This document shows, piece after piece, positions 50,369 through 59,992 of a DNA stretch of 64,000 nt. Made by a program: the position numbers and the translations under genes. This stretch comes from Alphaproteobacteria bacterium (GTDB lineage Bacteria; Pseudomonadota; Alphaproteobacteria; Bin95): positions 960,001 through 1,024,000 of the forward strand of contig OZ219787.1 of assembly GCA_964291285.2 (NCBI GenBank). Reading direction: 5' to 3'. Every line of letters begins with the position of its first letter. Within the stretch, counting starts at the first letter, position 1. The notes under the pieces were generated by a model. It had not been told where the DNA came from. It made no database searches and saw only the letters and a list, made by a program, of their open reading frames with translations.

Positions 50369-50759
50369 ATGCGCTCGACTGATGTTCCGCTCAGCGGAAC
50401 AGGATCTGCGTTCGCTTGAGATTTTGGCGGCGGAGGGACCAGAAGAAGGGTTCGGCTTCCATGTCCAGCAGGCCCTGGAGAAGGCATTCAAGGCGTGGCT
50501 GGCGCTCCTGGACGAGCTTTATCCACTGACCCACGATCTCGAGACGCTGCTGGACCGCCTGGCTGTATGCGGCGCGGATGTCGAACCCTGGCGCGAAACC
50601 GAACGCTACACGCCCTACGCCGTCCAGTTCCGCTACACCGGCGTCGATCCCGAAACCGAAGCCATAGACCGCGACGAGGCCGCCGCATCCGTCCGGACGC
50701 TGCTGGCGAGAGTTGCGCAGGAGTTGGCGGAAGCGGAGGGCGGAACGGAACGGGGCTGA
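50355..50759 (+). CDS. HEPN domain protein
   Basis: FHVQQALEKAFKA, THDL, FRY motifs; overlaps MNT. Confidence 0.88.
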   Translation: MSDLKCARLMFRSAEQDLRSLEILAAEGPEEGFGFHVQQALEKAFKAWLALLDELYPLTHDLETLLDRLAVCGADVEPWRETERYTPYAVQFRYTGVDPETEAIDRDEAAASVRTLLARVAQELAEAEGGTERG

Positions 50760-50897
50760 ATGGCACCCGTCATCCCTCTGCCGCAGCAATTTCATCCGCC
50801 TGACACGGCTTTCGTGCTGCCTCCGCCTTGCGCGGCGGCGCCGGACGCACCTATGGTGAGGGTCGGGCCGATTCGGGTCTGTTGCTCGGAGGGTGTT

Positions 50898-51461
50898 GTG
50901 ACGCCGCCTGTGGAGAGCGTACCGACGCTGGTGCTGAATGCGGATTTCCGCCCGCTCAGCTATTTCCCGCTGTCGCTCTGGTCGTGGCAGGAAAGCGTCA
51001 AGGCCGTGTTCCTGAACCGGGTGCAGGTGCTCGCGGAATACGACCGCGAGGTGCGTTCGCCGAGCTGGGCGATGCGGCTGCCCTCCGTCATCGCGCTCCG
51101 GGACTATGTGGCGCCGGCGCGGCATCCGGCCTTCACGCGCTTCAACGTCTTCCTGCGCGACCGCTTCGGCTGCCAGTATTGCGGCGCCCGGCTGCCGCCG
51201 GAGGACCTGACCTTCGACCATGTGGTGCCGCGCTCGCGCGGCGGGCGCACGGGCTGGACCAATGTCGTGGCCGCCTGCGGGCGCTGCAACCGCGCCAAGG
51301 GCGACCGGCTGCTCCGCGATTCCGGCATGCGGCTCCAGGCCGAGCCCGTGCGCCCGAGCGTCTGGCGCCTCCAGGAGAACGGGCGCAGCTTCCCGCCCAA
51401 TTTCCTGCATGAGAGCTGGTCCGACTTCCTCTACTGGGACAGCGAGCTCGAACAGGGCTGA
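50898..51461 (+). CDS. HNH endonuclease (McrA-like, conserved alphaproteobacterial type)
   Basis: LVLNADFRPL, RD..CQYCG, DHVVPRSRGG..W.NVV.AC..CN motifs. Confidence 0.9.
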   Translation: MTPPVESVPTLVLNADFRPLSYFPLSLWSWQESVKAVFLNRVQVLAEYDREVRSPSWAMRLPSVIALRDYVAPARHPAFTRFNVFLRDRFGCQYCGARLPPEDLTFDHVVPRSRGGRTGWTNVVAACGRCNRAKGDRLLRDSGMRLQAEPVRPSVWRLQENGRSFPPNFLHESWSDFLYWDSELEQG

Positions 51462-51485
51462 GGCGCCGTCCCCTTCAGCGGGAAC

Positions 51486-51565
51486 CGTCGCCCCGGCCCC
51501 CGAGCCGGGGCCTCTCGATACTCCCGCAAGCCGCCCAAGGCCCCGGCTCGGGGGCCGGGGCGACG
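51486..51565. repeat. REP-like inverted pair between convergent genes (same family as 28737-28889)
   Basis: CGTCGCCCCGGCCCCCGAGCCGGGGCCT at 51486-51513 and its reverse complement at 51538-51565. Confidence 0.85.
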
Positions 51566-51626
51566 AGGAGGGGCGTCAACCGGACAGCAATGGAACGGGT
51601 CCGGGCATGACGGAGAGGGGCGCCGC

Positions 51627-52868
51627 TCAGCCGAGGCTTTCCTCGATGCGGATCGCCTCGTTCCACTTCGCCATGCGCTCGGAGCGGGCGAAGGAGCCGA
51701 CCTTGAGGCCGGGCGCGCGCCAGCCGACGGCGAGGTGGACGACGGTCACGTCCTCCGTCTCGCCGGAGCGCGCGGAGACGATGCCGCCGAAACCCGCCTT
51801 GCGCGCCGCGTCCCAGGCCGCCTTCGCTTCCGTAAGCGTGCCGCGCTGGTTGGGCTTGACGAGCAGGGTGTTGGCCGCGCCCCGCCGGGCCGCCTCCTCG
51901 ACCTTGCGGGCGGAGGTCACCAGCAGGTCGTCGCCCACCACCTGCACCCGGTCGCCGTGTTCGGCGGTGAAGGCGGCGAAGCCCTCCCAGTCGTCCTCGG
52001 CCAGCGGGTCCTCGACCGAGACGACCGGATAGCGCGCGAGCCAGCCGCCGACGAGGCGTCCCATGCCTTCGCTGTCCAGCTCGCGCCCCTCCAGCGCGAG
52101 GCGGTAGCGCCCGCCCCGCCCGAACTCGCTCGCCGCCACGTCGAGCGCGATGGCCACCTCCTCGCCCGGCCGGAACCCGGCGCGCTCGATGGCGCGGACC
52201 AGCATGTCGAGCGCGGCCTCGTTGGTGTCGAAATCGGGCCAGAAGCCGCCCTCGTCCGCCACGCCGCGCAGCCGCCCCGCCTCCGCCATCAGCAGGCCGG
52301 CGGCGCGATAGACCTCGGCGATCCGGTTGCAGGCCTCGGCGAAGCTGCCGGCGCCCGGCGCGGTCGCCATGAAGTCCTGGATGTCGACCCGCCGACCGGC
52401 ATGGGCGCCGCCGCCGAAGATCTGGATTTCCGGGGCGGGCAGCGACACCGGCCCCTCGCCCGCGAGCCAGTGCCAGAGCGGCAGGCCCGCGGCCGCCGCG
52501 CCCGCCCAGGCCGCCGCCATCGACACGGCCACGCAGGCATTGGCCCCGAGGCGCGACTTGTCCGCCGTGCCGTCGAGCGCAATGAGCTGATGGTCCGCTG
52601 CCTCCCGGTCCTCGACATCGACGCCCCGGAGCGCGGCTGCGATCTCGCCCTCGACCGAGGCCACCGCCTGCATCACATCGAGCCCGCCGAAGGCCGCGCC
52701 GCCGTCCCGCCGGTCGAGCGCCTCGCCCGATCCGGTCGAGGCTCCCGCGGGCGCGATGGCGCGGCCGGTCGCGCCGCCGGCGAGATGCACCTCGGCCTCC
52801 ACCGTCGGCCGCCCGCGCGAATCCCAGACCCGCCTTCCGCGCACCCTCTCGATCTCGAACGCGCTCAT
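51627..52868 (-). CDS. Enolase-family protein, divergent
   Basis: DSRGRPTVE, GASTG, DEGG, GDDL, RSGETED; active-site variants QDFM and SARS. Confidence 0.85.
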   Translation of the reverse strand: MSAFEIERVRGRRVWDSRGRPTVEAEVHLAGGATGRAIAPAGASTGSGEALDRRDGGAAFGGLDVMQAVASVEGEIAAALRGVDVEDREAADHQLIALDGTADKSRLGANACVAVSMAAAWAGAAAAGLPLWHWLAGEGPVSLPAPEIQIFGGGAHAGRRVDIQDFMATAPGAGSFAEACNRIAEVYRAAGLLMAEAGRLRGVADEGGFWPDFDTNEAALDMLVRAIERAGFRPGEEVAIALDVAASEFGRGGRYRLALEGRELDSEGMGRLVGGWLARYPVVSVEDPLAEDDWEGFAAFTAEHGDRVQVVGDDLLVTSARKVEEAARRGAANTLLVKPNQRGTLTEAKAAWDAARKAGFGGIVSARSGETEDVTVVHLAVGWRAPGLKVGSFARSERMAKWNEAIRIEESLG

Positions 52869-53857
52869 ACGGCCGTCTCCGCCGCCCAGGCCGCGGCGAT
52901 TTCGCCGAGGCTCGCGGGCGGGCGTTGCAGCAGGCGGCGGGCGAAGGCGCGGGGGCGGGCCTTTTGGCTTTCGCGGGTCAGGTATTCGACCGGCGACTTG
53001 CCGTCCAGGCGCGCGAGCAACAGGCCCGGCAGCAGCCGCGCGGCGCGCCGGTCGAGCACCGGGTCCGGCCCGTAGCCGTCCGTGAGCGCGCGGAAGCAGG
53101 CCAGGTAGGCCGCTTCGTGCTGCGGTTTCCACACGCTCTTCAGCAGCATGTGGTTCAGGCAGAAGGCGATGTCGAAGGCGGGGTCGCCGTACCAGGCGCA
53201 TTCGGCGTCCAGGAAGACCGGCCCCCGGGGCCCGGTGAGAATGTTCTTCGGGCTGACATCGCCGTGGACCAGCGTTTCGCGCGTCGCCGCCGTCGCCTCG
53301 GCGAGCCCGGTCAGCTGAGGCGCAAGGTCCGGGTGCCGCTCCGCCGTTGCCAGAAGGTAGGGCTCCAGCCGGATGGCGTGGAAGATCGCGTCCGTGGCGA
53401 AGGCGGCGGCGGTCGCCTTGTCGCCTTGATGCCTGCGGTGGATGACGGCGAGTCGCCGGCCGACCTCGCGCGCGAAGGCGGGATCGGCGCGGCCGGCGGC
53501 GAGCTCCGCTTTCCAGACGGGGTGCGTCTTCGGCTCGAGCCACGCCATGGCAAGCGCGCCCGCTTTTCTGTCCTGCCCCAGCAGGCGCGGCGCGGCCTCC
53601 GGCAGCAGCGCGTTCACGGCCGCCAGCCAGCCCGCTTCCGAGCCGTTGCGCTCGACCGGGGCGCGCCAGTCCGCCTTCACCTTGAGGCGAGGCAGCGCGC
53701 GCTTGACGCAGACGGGACCCGCTGCCGTCTGGACCCGGTAGATGTCCGAGGAGACGCCGCCCTCCAGCGGCTCGAAGCGGGGCCGCTCCTCCGCGCCGGC
53801 AAGCCCCATGCGGCGGAGCGCGGCGGTGAGCGCGGCAGTGTCCCCGGTTTCGTTCAT
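52865..53857 (-). CDS. APH/choline-kinase-fold phosphotransferase (MtnK-like)
   Basis: GGVSS, VKRA, HGDVSPKNIL, LDAEC..GDPAFD motifs; coupled to the enolase gene. Confidence 0.85.
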   Translation of the reverse strand: MNETGDTAALTAALRRMGLAGAEERPRFEPLEGGVSSDIYRVQTAAGPVCVKRALPRLKVKADWRAPVERNGSEAGWLAAVNALLPEAAPRLLGQDRKAGALAMAWLEPKTHPVWKAELAAGRADPAFAREVGRRLAVIHRRHQGDKATAAAFATDAIFHAIRLEPYLLATAERHPDLAPQLTGLAEATAATRETLVHGDVSPKNILTGPRGPVFLDAECAWYGDPAFDIAFCLNHMLLKSVWKPQHEAAYLACFRALTDGYGPDPVLDRRAARLLPGLLLARLDGKSPVEYLTRESQKARPRAFARRLLQRPPASLGEIAAAWAAETAV

Positions 53858-53902
53858 GGGCGGCGTTCCGGCATGACAGGAAGAGCGCCGCCGCACCGGC
53901 CC

Positions 53903-54940
53903 TCAGGCGGCCGCCATCGCATAGACGCCGCCCACCTCGTCCGGCAGCTCGACTTGCGCCCAGCTTTCACCGCCGTCCTCGGTGCCGAAGGTGCGCCCGC
54001 CGCGCGCCCCGCACCAGACGCGGTCCGGGTCGGAGGCGCTCTCCGCGACGATCATCAGCGTCGAGTTGACATCGACGCCTTTGTCGAACCGCTCCCAGGT
54101 CTCGCCGAGGTCTGTGCTGCGCCAGAGCGAGCCGGCATCGCTGGTGGCGGCCTTGCTGAACGCGCCGAAGAGCGTCTTCGGGTCGTGCCGCGAGACCGTG
54201 ACGTCGCGGGCGTAGGTCAGCGGCGAGTAGTCGCCGATGCCCATTTCGCGCCATGTCTCGCCCCGGTCGTCGGAGCGGAAGAGGCCCATGCGGGTGGCGA
54301 GGAACACCGTGCCGGGCAGGGCGGAGCTGATTGCCAGCGAGTGCGTGTCCATCATGCCTTCGCTGTCCATGTCGGAGCCGATGGCGCTCTTCAGGTGCTC
54401 CTGGCCCGCAAGGCGCAGCAGGTCCCCATTGCAGCTTTCCCAGGTATCGCCGCCGTCGAGCGAGCGCAGCACGCCGCCGACTTCCAGCCCCGCATAAATC
54501 TCGTCCGGCGCGCTCGGGTCCGCGGTCATGCGGATGACGCGCGTCGGGAAGCCCATGTCGCAATGCCCTTCAGGCACCGCCGGGTGGAGCCGCTCCCAGC
54601 GCGCGCCGCCATTGGTGCTGCGGTAGATGGAGGTGCCCGTGGTGCCGGCATAGAGCGTGTCCGGGTCGCCCGGCCGCGCCATCACCGACCATGTTGTCCG
54701 GTCCTCCGACGGCAGGTTGAGCGAGCGCCAACTCTCGCCCCCGTCCTCGCTGACATAGGGCCCGGCCTGCGTGCCGGCATATGCCTTCTCGCCGACAAAG
54801 CCGAGCGCGCGGATTTCCGGCTCTTCCGGCAGCCCCCGGCTCACCCGTTGCCATTCCGTGTCGGCCCCGGCCAGCCTGAAGAGCCCCTGGCGATGCTTCA
54901 TGCCGGGCTGTGCGGCCCCGGCGAGAACGATGCGGTCCAT
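53903..54940 (-). CDS. BNR/Asp-box beta-propeller protein
   Basis: Repeated S.DGG.TW motifs. Confidence 0.82.
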   Translation of the reverse strand: MDRIVLAGAAQPGMKHRQGLFRLAGADTEWQRVSRGLPEEPEIRALGFVGEKAYAGTQAGPYVSEDGGESWRSLNLPSEDRTTWSVMARPGDPDTLYAGTTGTSIYRSTNGGARWERLHPAVPEGHCDMGFPTRVIRMTADPSAPDEIYAGLEVGGVLRSLDGGDTWESCNGDLLRLAGQEHLKSAIGSDMDSEGMMDTHSLAISSALPGTVFLATRMGLFRSDDRGETWREMGIGDYSPLTYARDVTVSRHDPKTLFGAFSKAATSDAGSLWRSTDLGETWERFDKGVDVNSTLMIVAESASDPDRVWCGARGGRTFGTEDGGESWAQVELPDEVGGVYAMAAA

Positions 54941-55136
54941 GATGCGTGCCCTCCGCTGTCAGGCCGGGAGTGTAGCACTGCCGCACAAACGGTCGAAGCC
55001 GAACCGGAGCCAGCCGGACCGGCCCTTCGCAGCGCTTTCGGACAGGCAACCGGGGCGTTGAAGGCTGCCCTGCGAGACCGCACGACGCCAGGCGACGCAC
55101 GAAACCGTCCGGCCCATAGAGTCCACTCCACGCAAG

Positions 55137-55589
55137 TGTCATGAGATGTCATGATCTGCATGTGCACAGCACATATGCTGTGATTCTTTCGGGCATGGCG
55201 CCGCCGTTTCGGGCGGTAGCTCCGGTTATGTCGTCCGGTTTGTCCGACTTCGCGTCTTCGGCATAGCCGACTTCTCCTGAGCCTGTTTCGTTCCATTCAT
55301 CTCGCCGCCGGCTACCCCAGGGCGGCAGGACCCTGATTCGCGCATATCGTGCGCGGGCGCCTGTGCCGGCGCGGGTGCGTGTCGGCGCCGGCGCGGTTCG
55401 CGCGCCTGATTGCGCGCACGCGAGGCAAGCGCAGGACGCACCTCACCTGTCGGCTGAATCGGGGTCGTTCCGCACCGGGCCGGCGCGGGCGGAAAGCGGC
55501 TCCGGATGCCTCCTCCCTCGCACTCATCATATCACAATTTCTGAAAATACAAGCCAAGAATGGAGAAATATTGCCTAAATACAAAATGC
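55137..55589 (-). repeat. Dispersed element copy D
   Basis: CTTGTA-N16-TATGAT (reverse complement at 55526-55553); 24-mer 55390-55413; TGTCATG boxes at 55137 and 55147; shares CAGCATATG..CATGCAGATCATGACA with copy A. Confidence 0.85.
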
Positions 55590-55685
55590 GTACTGCCCCT
55601 TTCACTGCCCCGCCCGAGGCCGGGATGACGGATGGGGCCATGCGACGCCCGGCCAGCTGCCGGGGATGTGAGAAGCCGGCAGGAG

Positions 55686-57440
55686 TCAGATCGGGGCGGT
55701 GGCGGCTTCGAGCCAGAGCGGGTCTTCGCAGGCGGCGATGTCGCGCACCCGGGCGTGGTAGCCGTTCAGCCAGTCGCGCTCGGCGGGGGTAAGGAGCACG
55801 GTGTCGATCAGGCGGCGGTCGATGGGCGCGAAGGTCAGCGTCTCGAAGCTCAGCATCTCCGGGACATCCGGGTCCTCGCGCACCAGCAACAGGTTCTCGA
55901 TGCGGATGCCGAAGGCGCCGGGCTCGTAATAGCCGGGTTCGTTGGAAAGGATCATGCCCGGCAACAGGGCTTCGTCGCCGCGCCTGGAGATGCGCTGCGG
56001 GCCCTCATGCACCGAGAGATAGCTGCCGACGCCGTGGCCCGTGCCGTGGTCGAAGTCGAGCCCTCCCTGCCAGAGCGGCGCGCGGGCGAGCGTGTCGAGC
56101 TGGGCGCCGGTGGTGCCCTCGGGAAACCGCGCCGTGGCGAGCGCGATATGCCCCTTCAGCACGCGCGTGAAGCAGGCGCGCTGATGGTCGGTCGGAATCC
56201 CGATGACGACCGTGCGGGTGATGTCCGTGGTGCCGTCGAGGAACTGCGCGCCGGAGTCCACCAGGTAGAGCATATCCGGCGCGAGCGTTCGGTCGGTGGC
56301 CTCGGTCACGCCGTAATGGACGATGGCGCCGTTCGGCCCCGCCCCGGAGATGGTCGGGAAGCTCAGGTCGCGGAAGAGCGGCAGCTTCTCCCTGTAGCCG
56401 CGCAGGCGGGCGGCGGCGGAACGCTCCGTCTGCCGGCCGGACGTGCCTTCGCGGTCGAGCCAGGCGAGGAAGTCCGCCACCGCGCCGGCGTCGCGGCGGT
56501 GCGCAGCCCGCGTTCCTGCGATCTCGCCTTCGTTCTTGCAGGCCTTGGGCAGGATGCAGGGGTCGCGCTCGCGTACGATCTCCGCGCCCGCCGCTTCCAG
56601 CCGCGAGAGGACCCAGGCCGGCGCGCGGGCGGCATCGACCTGCACCGTCTTGCCCGCGAGCGCGTCGAGTGCCGGCCCGAACGCCTCCGGCGGCGCCAGC
56701 GACACCTCATTGCCGAGATGGGTGCCTAAACCCGGCGCCGGCTTCGCCGGATCGACGAACAGCGACACCCTCCCTTCGCGGTCCAGCAGCGCGAAGCAGA
56801 GCGGCAGGGGCGTGTGGGCCACGTCGCCGCCGCGCACATTGAGCAGCCAGGCGATGGAGTCCGGCAGGGTCAGCACGGCGCCGTCGCGGCCGGCCCCGGC
56901 GAGCGCGGCGGCGAGCTCGCGGCGCTTGTCGGCGGAGTCCCGGCCGGCATGGACGATGTCATGCGCGACGATCGGCGCGCTCGGCGGGGCGGGCCGGTCG
57001 GTCCAGACCGCGTCCAGCGGATTCTCCGCGCAGGCGACCAGGCGGCCGCCTGCCCTGCCGGCGGCTTCCTCGAACTTCCGGACCTCCTTTTCCACATGCA
57101 GCCAGGGGTCGTAGCCGAGCGCGCCGCCGGGAGGCAGGTTCGCCGCAATCCATTCGTCCGGCGGATCGTCGCTTATGTGGAGGCACGCGAAGACCTCCGT
57201 ATCCACCTGCTCCGGCATTTGCAGCGTGTAGCGGCCGTCGCTGAACACCGCGCCCTTTTCCAGCAGCAGGATCGCGATTCCGGCCGAACCGGTGAAGCCC
57301 GTAAGCCAGGCCAGCCGCGCTGCGCTCGGCGGCACATATTCGCCTTGGTGCTCGTCGGCGCGCGGCACGAGGAAGCCGTCGAGGCCCCGCCGGCGCAGTT
57401 CGGCGCGGAGCGCGTCCACGGCCGCCCGGCGGCCGTTCAT
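55686..57440 (-). CDS. Aminopeptidase P (M24B)
   Basis: GFTGSAG, DSGAQF.DGTTD, HGTGHG, HEGP, EPGYY, RIEN motifs. Confidence 0.93.
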   Translation of the reverse strand: MNGRRAAVDALRAELRRRGLDGFLVPRADEHQGEYVPPSAARLAWLTGFTGSAGIAILLLEKGAVFSDGRYTLQMPEQVDTEVFACLHISDDPPDEWIAANLPPGGALGYDPWLHVEKEVRKFEEAAGRAGGRLVACAENPLDAVWTDRPAPPSAPIVAHDIVHAGRDSADKRRELAAALAGAGRDGAVLTLPDSIAWLLNVRGGDVAHTPLPLCFALLDREGRVSLFVDPAKPAPGLGTHLGNEVSLAPPEAFGPALDALAGKTVQVDAARAPAWVLSRLEAAGAEIVRERDPCILPKACKNEGEIAGTRAAHRRDAGAVADFLAWLDREGTSGRQTERSAAARLRGYREKLPLFRDLSFPTISGAGPNGAIVHYGVTEATDRTLAPDMLYLVDSGAQFLDGTTDITRTVVIGIPTDHQRACFTRVLKGHIALATARFPEGTTGAQLDTLARAPLWQGGLDFDHGTGHGVGSYLSVHEGPQRISRRGDEALLPGMILSNEPGYYEPGAFGIRIENLLLVREDPDVPEMLSFETLTFAPIDRRLIDTVLLTPAERDWLNGYHARVRDIAACEDPLWLEAATAPI

Positions 57441-58486
57441 GCCGCATGGCTCCCGGTCACGAAGGGCCAGAGCGCGTCCGCCCCCTCCGCCGCGATCAGG
57501 CGGCCGAGACGGACGGACCAGGCGCGCTCATTGCCGAACTCGTCCCGCCAGCACCACAACCTCCTCGTGCGGTGGTGCAGGGAATGTTCGTAGGTGAAGC
57601 CCATCGCGCCGTGGACCTGGTGCGCAATCGCCGCCCCCTTGGACGCTGCCTCGCCGGCGCGCGCCTTCGCCGCCGCAATCGCCGCAGTGCCGGCAGGGCC
57701 GAAATCCCCGGCCGCCACGGCCTCGCCCGCGGCATCCGCCGCCGCTTCGGCCGCAGCCGCCTCGCCGGCGAGCTCCGCCAGCGCGTGCTGCACCGCCTGG
57801 AAGCGCCCGATGGGCCGGCCGAATTGCTCCCGCTCCTGCGCATATTGCACCGACTGGTCGAGCAGCCGGGAGAGCGCGCCCACCATCTGCGCCGCACGGA
57901 CCGCCGCGCCGACAAGCGTCAGGCGGTCCCGGTCGAGCCCGTCGGGCGCCGGGGCCGAGCGCAGCGGGCGCACGCCGTCGAAGGCGATGTCGTCCCGCGC
58001 CTCGCCGGCAAGGCTCGTTCCCGGCACCAGCGCGCAGGCCTCGCGCTTGACGAGAAGGATGCAGCCCGCCGCGACGAGGACGACATGCCCGGCCTGGCGC
58101 GCGAACGGCACCTGCCGCGCCGTGCCGGAGAGAACGCCGGCCTCAAGCTCGACGGTATCGGCCGGGCCGACCGGGGCCACGGTCAGGGGACCGCCCGGCG
58201 CGGCGAGGCCGCCCTGCTCCAGCAGCCAACCCGCCAGCAGCGTTTCCGCGAGCGGCGCCGGGACCGCCCAGGCGCCGGCTGCTTTCAGAATGCCGAAGCC
58301 GTCGCCCGTCTCCGCGCCGCCGCCGCCCAGTTCCTCGCGGACCCAGGCCAGGGTGAGGCCGCTCTCCTCCAGCGCCTCCCAGAGCGCGGCCGGCCAGACG
58401 CCGGTCTCCGCATCGTTGACGGCCTCCGGCGGGCAGAGGTCGGCAAGGATGCGCTCGGTGGTGTCGAGGACGATCCGGTCGCTCAT
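57437..58486 (-). CDS. Acyl-CoA dehydrogenase (partner subunit)
   Basis: REQFGRPIGRFQAVQH and HQVHGAMGFT motifs. Confidence 0.88.
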   Translation of the reverse strand: MSDRIVLDTTERILADLCPPEAVNDAETGVWPAALWEALEESGLTLAWVREELGGGGAETGDGFGILKAAGAWAVPAPLAETLLAGWLLEQGGLAAPGGPLTVAPVGPADTVELEAGVLSGTARQVPFARQAGHVVLVAAGCILLVKREACALVPGTSLAGEARDDIAFDGVRPLRSAPAPDGLDRDRLTLVGAAVRAAQMVGALSRLLDQSVQYAQEREQFGRPIGRFQAVQHALAELAGEAAAAEAAADAAGEAVAAGDFGPAGTAAIAAAKARAGEAASKGAAIAHQVHGAMGFTYEHSLHHRTRRLWCWRDEFGNERAWSVRLGRLIAAEGADALWPFVTGSHAA

Positions 58487-59643
58487 CTGAGACCTAGTTC
58501 TCGGGCGACGATGCCCTTCAGCACCTCGTTGGTGCCGCCGCGAATGGTGGAGGAGGGTGCGTGGAGCACGCCGTCCGCCAGCACCTTGCCGTAGAGGTCG
58601 GGGGACTGGCTCGCTGCCGTTGCCGGCAGCAGGTTCCGGGCCTCGCGCACAAGCTCGCCCTCGAAGCGCGTGCCCATGTCCTTGACGAGCGCGGCGGCGA
58701 CTTCCGGCGCCTCGCCCTCGTCCAGCAGCTTCGAGATGCCGAGCGACATGCGCCGGAGCGCCATGGTCCGCGCCGCCAGCGCGCCCACCGTCTCGGCGTC
58801 CCGGTCGTCCGGCTCGGGCCCGAGTTCGCGCACCAGCTCCGTCAGCACCGGGAAGGTGGACAGGAACCGTTCCGGCCCGGAGCGTTCGATGGCGAGCTCG
58901 CCCGTCACCTGCCGCCAGCCGTCCCCGGCCTCGCCGACCACCGCGTCGTCCGGCACGAAGGCACCGTCGAACACGGTCTCGTTGAAGTGCCGCTCGCCGG
59001 CGATGTTGCGGATGCCGCGTATCTCGATGCCGGGCGATTTGAGGTCGACCAGGAACTGCGTCAGGCCGGCGTGGCGGGCCTTCATGTCGCGGGGCTGGGT
59101 GCGGACCAGCGCGATCATGTAGTGCGAGCGGTGGGCGCCCGAGGACCAGATCTTGCGCCCGTCGATCCGCCAGCCGCCGTCCACCTTCACCGCCGTCGTG
59201 CGGACCGAGGCGAGGTCGGAGCCGGAGTCCGGCTCGCTCATGCCGATGGCGAAATAGCACGTCCCGGCGGCGATGCGCGGCAGGATCGAGCGCCGCTGCT
59301 CCTCCGTGCCGTAGCGCAGCAGCAGCGGCCCGGACTGGCGGTCGGCGACCCAGTGGGCGGCGCAGGGCGCGCCGGCCGAGACCATCTCCTCGGTGACGAT
59401 GTAGCGGTGCAGCGCGGGCTTCCCGCCGCCGCCGTAGCGCTTCGGCCACATCATGCCGAGCCAGCCGCGTTCGCCCATCTTGCGCGACCATTCCGGCGAC
59501 CAGCCGGACCCCCAGCTGTCCGCCATCGGCGTGAAGCCGCCGGACGCCTTTTCCTCGCGGATGAACGCGCGGACCTCCTCCCTGAGCGCGCGCTCCTCCG
59601 GGCCGAACCCGACCCTCGGGAAGCGGAACCGGTCCCCCGTCAT
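58483..59643 (-). CDS. Acyl-CoA dehydrogenase
   Basis: MSEPDSGSDLAS, GRKIWSS, FNE..F, GGTNEV motifs; tandem pair suggests a heteromeric ACAD. Confidence 0.9.
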   Translation of the reverse strand: MTGDRFRFPRVGFGPEERALREEVRAFIREEKASGGFTPMADSWGSGWSPEWSRKMGERGWLGMMWPKRYGGGGKPALHRYIVTEEMVSAGAPCAAHWVADRQSGPLLLRYGTEEQRRSILPRIAAGTCYFAIGMSEPDSGSDLASVRTTAVKVDGGWRIDGRKIWSSGAHRSHYMIALVRTQPRDMKARHAGLTQFLVDLKSPGIEIRGIRNIAGERHFNETVFDGAFVPDDAVVGEAGDGWRQVTGELAIERSGPERFLSTFPVLTELVRELGPEPDDRDAETVGALAARTMALRRMSLGISKLLDEGEAPEVAAALVKDMGTRFEGELVREARNLLPATAASQSPDLYGKVLADGVLHAPSSTIRGGTNEVLKGIVARELGLR

Positions 59644-59748
59644 GCTCTCCCCCTTCGCTGGACTGGTGCGATTATGCCGTCAGGCCCGGCCGTCCTCAAT
59701 CGGCGCCATGGCCGCGCCCTTTTCGTCACCCCGCATGAAGCCGCCCGG

Positions 59749-59777
59749 CTTGACACCGCGCCGTATGTTCCCTATAT
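59749..59777 (+). promoter_or_regulatory. Consensus alphaproteobacterial sigma70 promoter
   Basis: CTTGAC-N17-CTATAT. Confidence 0.7.
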
Positions 59778-59992
59778 ACCCCATTCCACTGAGAAAACAT
59801 GCTGAGAGAGGCCATGACCTGACGGACCGGCGGCGGTTGGCGCCGCGCTTGCGCAACACCCGATCCGAAGGCGCGGGAGCCGGCGGCCGGAGCCCTCGCC
59901 GGCAGACGGGCGAAGTGCGGCCGGGCGGCGCGGGTGTCGCGGCCGGGTTTGGCCGAAACGGGAACCGGAACGAGAGAAAAGGAGGAACGGCG

